Made by a program: the position numbers and the translations under genes. Positions 60,700-61,916 of a stretch of 61,916 nt of DNA are shown here, piece after piece. This DNA is from Caulobacteraceae bacterium. Lineage in GTDB: Bacteria > Pseudomonadota > Alphaproteobacteria > Caulobacterales > Caulobacteraceae. The DNA lies in NCBI GenBank assembly GCA_003165275.1, contig PLSW01000378.1, forward strand, positions 7,526 to 69,441, written 5' to 3'. The notes beneath the pieces were generated by a model. That model made no database searches. It was given only the letters and a program-made list of their open reading frames with translations, and was not told the origin of the DNA. Each line of letters starts with the position of its first letter. Position 1 is the first letter of the stretch.

Positions 60700-61493
60700 C
60701 GGGCGCCGATGGCGTCGATGATCTCTTGCGTGGCCGACAACACCGCCACCTTCGGCTTGCCCACGAATTTTGTCGGCCAAGTCAGACTCTTGTCAGCGAT
60801 TACGGATTTCATGATGAACAGCCAGCGATTGCTGCGCAGGCATTCCGCAGCCTGGTGCAGCGAGCCTGAGGTGTCCGACGCTTCCACGATCACCGTGGCG
60901 TCGCTGAGCAGCGCCATGACCCGATTGCGCTTCGGGAAGTTCGCCTTGAACACCCGCTCGTCCGGCCCGAACGGCGAGAGCAGCAGATGCTGCTCGTAGA
61001 TCTCTTCCTGCAGCCCGGCGTTCTCGGCCGGGTAGGCCTTGTTCAGCGGCGTGCCAATCACGGCAATGGTGCGGCCTCCGTTCTGGATCGCGCCATAGTG
61101 GGCGGCTGTATCGACGCCCTTGGCCAGGCCGCTCACCACTACGATCCCGGCTTGGGCCAACTCCCGCGCCACCTTGTAGGCGCGGCTCTTGCCGTCCGCT
61201 GACACGTCACGGGCGCCGACGATAGCCACGCTGGGTTGCCCCAGCAGTTCGGCGTCGCCGGCGTGATGGACGAACACGGTCCGGTCGCTGGCTGAGCGCA
61301 AAAGGTCGAGCTGCTTGTCGGCGGGCGCCTCACGGCCGCCGGCGAGGATCGCTTGTTGCAGGGGGGTTCGCGCGACAGCCGCCGGCGCGCGATAACGGGC
61401 CGGCCGCGAATCGTCCTGACGAAGGTCAATGGCAAGCGTCATTGGACGAACGTCTTTAGGCTGATTCTTGATGGAACGCTGTGACCTTGCCAT
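60696..61493 (-). CDS. DprA/Smf (SLOG) domain protein (ShosA-like); start 61493 or 61442
   Basis: VAIVGAR, VVSGLAKGVDTAAH, FPKRNRVM, VEASDTSGSL; lacks the SAM and C-terminal domains of competence DprA. Confidence 0.88.
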   Translation of the reverse strand: MARSQRSIKNQPKDVRPMTLAIDLRQDDSRPARYRAPAAVARTPLQQAILAGGREAPADKQLDLLRSASDRTVFVHHAGDAELLGQPSVAIVGARDVSADGKSRAYKVARELAQAGIVVVSGLAKGVDTAAHYGAIQNGGRTIAVIGTPLNKAYPAENAGLQEEIYEQHLLLSPFGPDERVFKANFPKRNRVMALLSDATVIVEASDTSGSLHQAAECLRSNRWLFIMKSVIADKSLTWPTKFVGKPKVAVLSATQEIIDAIGAR

Positions 61494-61799
61494 GCGCCCA
61501 TAAGATCGCCCCTTGATCCGCCCCTCGCAAGCTTGTGACGATTCCGGGCGCAGCTTGGTCTTGGCCTGGCGCGAAACGTCGCGCAGCGGAACTCGTCGAT
61601 AGCTGGGCAGCGTGGCTAGCGGACTTTGCCTCCACCGTGCTTTCTGGACATCCTCAATTGGAGGGCATCGGGTGGGTGAATCCTTTCGCGCTTCACGAAA
61701 CGCGATGGTTCGGCGGAGCGCATTCGACCTTCCGTAATCGATCGACTTCGAGGTATATGCCACGACCTCCCGAGACTCGAACTTCGGAAAAAATTTTCC

Positions 61800-61819
61800 T
61801 TGGGGGTAGTTTTGGGGGT
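61800..61819 (+). repeat. Direct repeat TTGGGGGT x2 (putative integrase arm-type sites)
   Basis: ttgggggt-agtt-ttgggggt about 60 bp inside the att core. Confidence 0.6.
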
Positions 61820-61876
61820 GTTGGTGTTCAGCCGATATCGAAAATTCGAGTATTATCAGATTGATAGGCTCTGATC

Positions 61877-61898
61877 TTCGAGTCTTCTCGACGCACCA
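61877..61898 (+). other. att core: duplicated 3' fragment of a tRNA, probably tRNA-Leu(GAG)
   Basis: TTCGAGTCTTCTCGACGCACCA gives T-loop to CCA, one nt short of a canonical 3' end; no 5' half of a tRNA upstream. Confidence 0.75.
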
Positions 61899-61916
61899 GT
61901 GATATTCGCAAGATAC

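Noticed and set aside
60028-61493. Competence locus (dprA/comF)
   Set aside because: DprA lacks accessory domains, the PRTase lacks the ComF zinc finger, and the context is an ICE defence hotspot.
61877-61898. Functional tRNA gene
   Set aside because: Only the T-loop to CCA is present; upstream sequence cannot form the rest of the cloverleaf.

Overview
GC-rich alphaproteobacterial (Caulobacteraceae-like) DNA that appears to be most of an integrative conjugative element, ending at an att site matching the 3' end of tRNA-Leu (61877-61898). Left: a minus-strand VirB T4SS (virB9 partial through virB2, an entry-exclusion lipoprotein, two tandem virB1) and two HTH-only LuxR proteins. virB10/B11/D4 and the integrase are not in the window. 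Middle (about 8.9-45.7 kb): a sulfur-starvation cargo island with a CysB/Cbl regulator, four TauD-family dioxygenases that all lack the sulfonate-binding Arg, two DszB-like desulfinases, two LLM flavin monooxygenases, a flavin reductase, rhodanese, amidase, a TonB receptor, ABC importers/exporters, a duplicated DUF6152+partner module, an altered PAP2 enzyme and a peptide deformylase. Several of these proteins are almost free of Cys/Met. Right: leading-region genes (parB, DUF736, ardC), an RP4-like oriT, mobC and a VirD2-type relaxase, parA/parG, then a defence hotspot (DEDDh exonuclease plus Gabija with single-base frameshifts, a Panacea/SocB-like pair behind a LexA box, DprA+PRTase). The best candidates for novelty are the organosulfur desulfurisation pathway and a putative TACCC-box transfer regulon run by HTH-only LuxR proteins. 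All calls come from reading motifs by eye; no searches were run.
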